From: Paraspadella gotoi
Lineage: Eukaryota > Animalia > Chaetognatha
NCBI GenBank assembly: GCA_051294375.1
Contig: JBJCIZ010000257.1
Coordinates: forward strand, 1-8,706
Direction of reading: 5' to 3'
DNA: 8,706 bases
Shown one piece after another: positions 7,901-8,706 of the stretch (the stretch's first letter is position 1; each line of letters begins with the position of its first letter). The notes under the pieces were generated by a model. It worked only from the letters and a program-made list of their open reading frames with translations, ran no database searches and was not told the DNA's origin. The translations under genes were made by a program, and so were the position numbers.

Positions 7901-8189
7901 GATAACAACTTTTTAAAAACAAAGAAAAAACGCTTTTTCCAATGTTAAAAAAAAGAATAAAAAATGTTCTAAAACACCGGAAAACGATATTTCCAAAGAA
8001 AAAAGAATAACAACGTTAAAATACTCTTGGCAAATAACATCATCGAGGTTGTTAAAATTGCGGTGAGACAGTATAAATATCTTTTTTTTCAAAAACCAAA
8101 CAAATATTCCTCTCTTTTATTTTTATGTCTCCTTCTCTCTCTCTTGTTCTCTTTAATTTTATGTAGCTTTCTTCTCACTCTCAAAAGAT
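4937..8189. repeat. AT-rich tandem repeat (satellite-like) array, ~6.2 monomers of ~505-555 bp
   Basis: Marker ATGTAGCTT recurs at 4995, 5506, 6021, 6570, 7075, 7629 and 8161 (spacings 511, 515, 549, 505, 554, 532). Each monomer has an ~80-bp C/T-rich tract, an A-rich block of subrepeats and a short unique segment (CATCATCGAGGTTGTT...GAGGACAGTT). Confidence 0.97.
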
Positions 8190-8222
8190 TCGAACCGAGA
8201 TTAAACGATCCACTCGGATCCA
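8186..8222 (+). repeat. Inverted copy of the LTR start (reverse complement of 1-37), lacking the terminal TGT
   Basis: agattcgaaccgagattaaacgatccactcggatcca versus the reverse complement of 1-37, agattcgaacccgagattaacgatccactcggatcca. They are identical except for two single-base homopolymer indels. The match runs to the window edge, so it may extend past 8222. Confidence 0.93.
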
Positions 8223-8528
8223 TGCTAAACTGATTAGCCATCTCAGATTGAATATATTTCTTATTTGAAACTTCCTTATTATCAATTAAAATCATTTTAA
8301 AACTAGACAAATGAACAACCTATTTTTCAAAGCAAATCAGCTGACTCAAGAGAAACTAATTCTTTAGTTCTTGCTTGGAAAACAATTTCACTTATCACAA
8401 ATTTAGTAACTCAACTGGAACACCATTATCGTTACTATATTTATTACTTATTAATTATTATGATGTTTGCCAATTTTACTTGTTATTAATTTAATAATTA
8501 ATTGATTGATTTATTTGCTGTTTTAGTT

Positions 8529-8578
8529 CATATAGATATTGTAATTGCTTGATGATAAAGCAATGGAATATCTATATG
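8529..8578. other. Inverted repeat / hairpin (12-bp and 7-bp stems, 7-nt loop)
   Basis: catatagatatt (8529-8540) pairs perfectly with aatatctatatg (8567-8578). attgctt (8544-8550) pairs with aagcaat (8558-8564). Function unknown. Confidence 0.7.
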
Positions 8579-8706
8579 CTTTGATTATTTTATTAAGGTT
8601 GCTTTTATTCTTAACAAGCAAGTTGGTTTAAAACGCTTTTAATTCAAAGCTTGTAAACTTTGCAATCATTCCGAGATCCAAGACGCTCGTCAATTCGTTG
8701 GATGAC

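Noticed and set aside
4937-8189. CRISPR-like array
   Set aside because: Whole ~510-bp units repeat, there are no unique spacers, and there are no cas genes.
1-8222. DIRS-type element or DNA transposon defined by inverted termini
   Set aside because: There is no tyrosine recombinase or transposase, and the enzyme is a DDE retroviral-type integrase. No target-site duplication can be assessed because the left repeat runs off the window.
4916-8310. ORFs of 60-154 aa in the array (4916-5251, 5393-5575, 5436-5669, 5639-6103, 6155-6400, 7722-7922, 8027-8233, 8089-8310)
   Set aside because: F/L/K-rich translations of low-complexity repeats. Frames are not preserved between monomers and no domain motifs are recognisable.

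Overview
This window is eukaryotic (probably animal) repetitive DNA, not a prokaryotic locus. Bases 41-4894 are the coding-intact internal region of a minus-strand Ty3/Gypsy LTR retrotransposon with the marks of the CsRn1 lineage: a C-X2-H-X9-C-X3-C (CHCC) Gag knuckle, a tRNA-Trp-like PBS, gag and pol joined by a predicted -1 frameshift (G_GGA_AAC plus a stem-loop or pseudoknot), domain order PR-RT-RNaseH-IN(GPY), and a G7A polypurine tract leading into a TGTAGAT-starting 3' LTR that is cut by the window edge. The unusual part is the 5' side. Only about 42 bp of the 5' LTR's end (...ATCTACA) is present. It is fused to a ~3.25 kb AT-rich tandem array: about 6.2 monomers of ~505-555 bp, each built from ~45-50 bp dyad-containing subrepeats, with hints of a 4-monomer higher-order period. 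The array ends at a 4-bp microhomology that leads into a copy of the LTR's start in the opposite orientation (8186-8222 is the reverse complement of 1-37). That could be a real inversion, a second head-to-head insertion into a satellite, or a read/assembly chimera; this window alone cannot distinguish them. I cannot support a new enzymatic system. The candidates for novelty are the architecture, the satellite, a DGG protease motif and a long disordered integrase tail.
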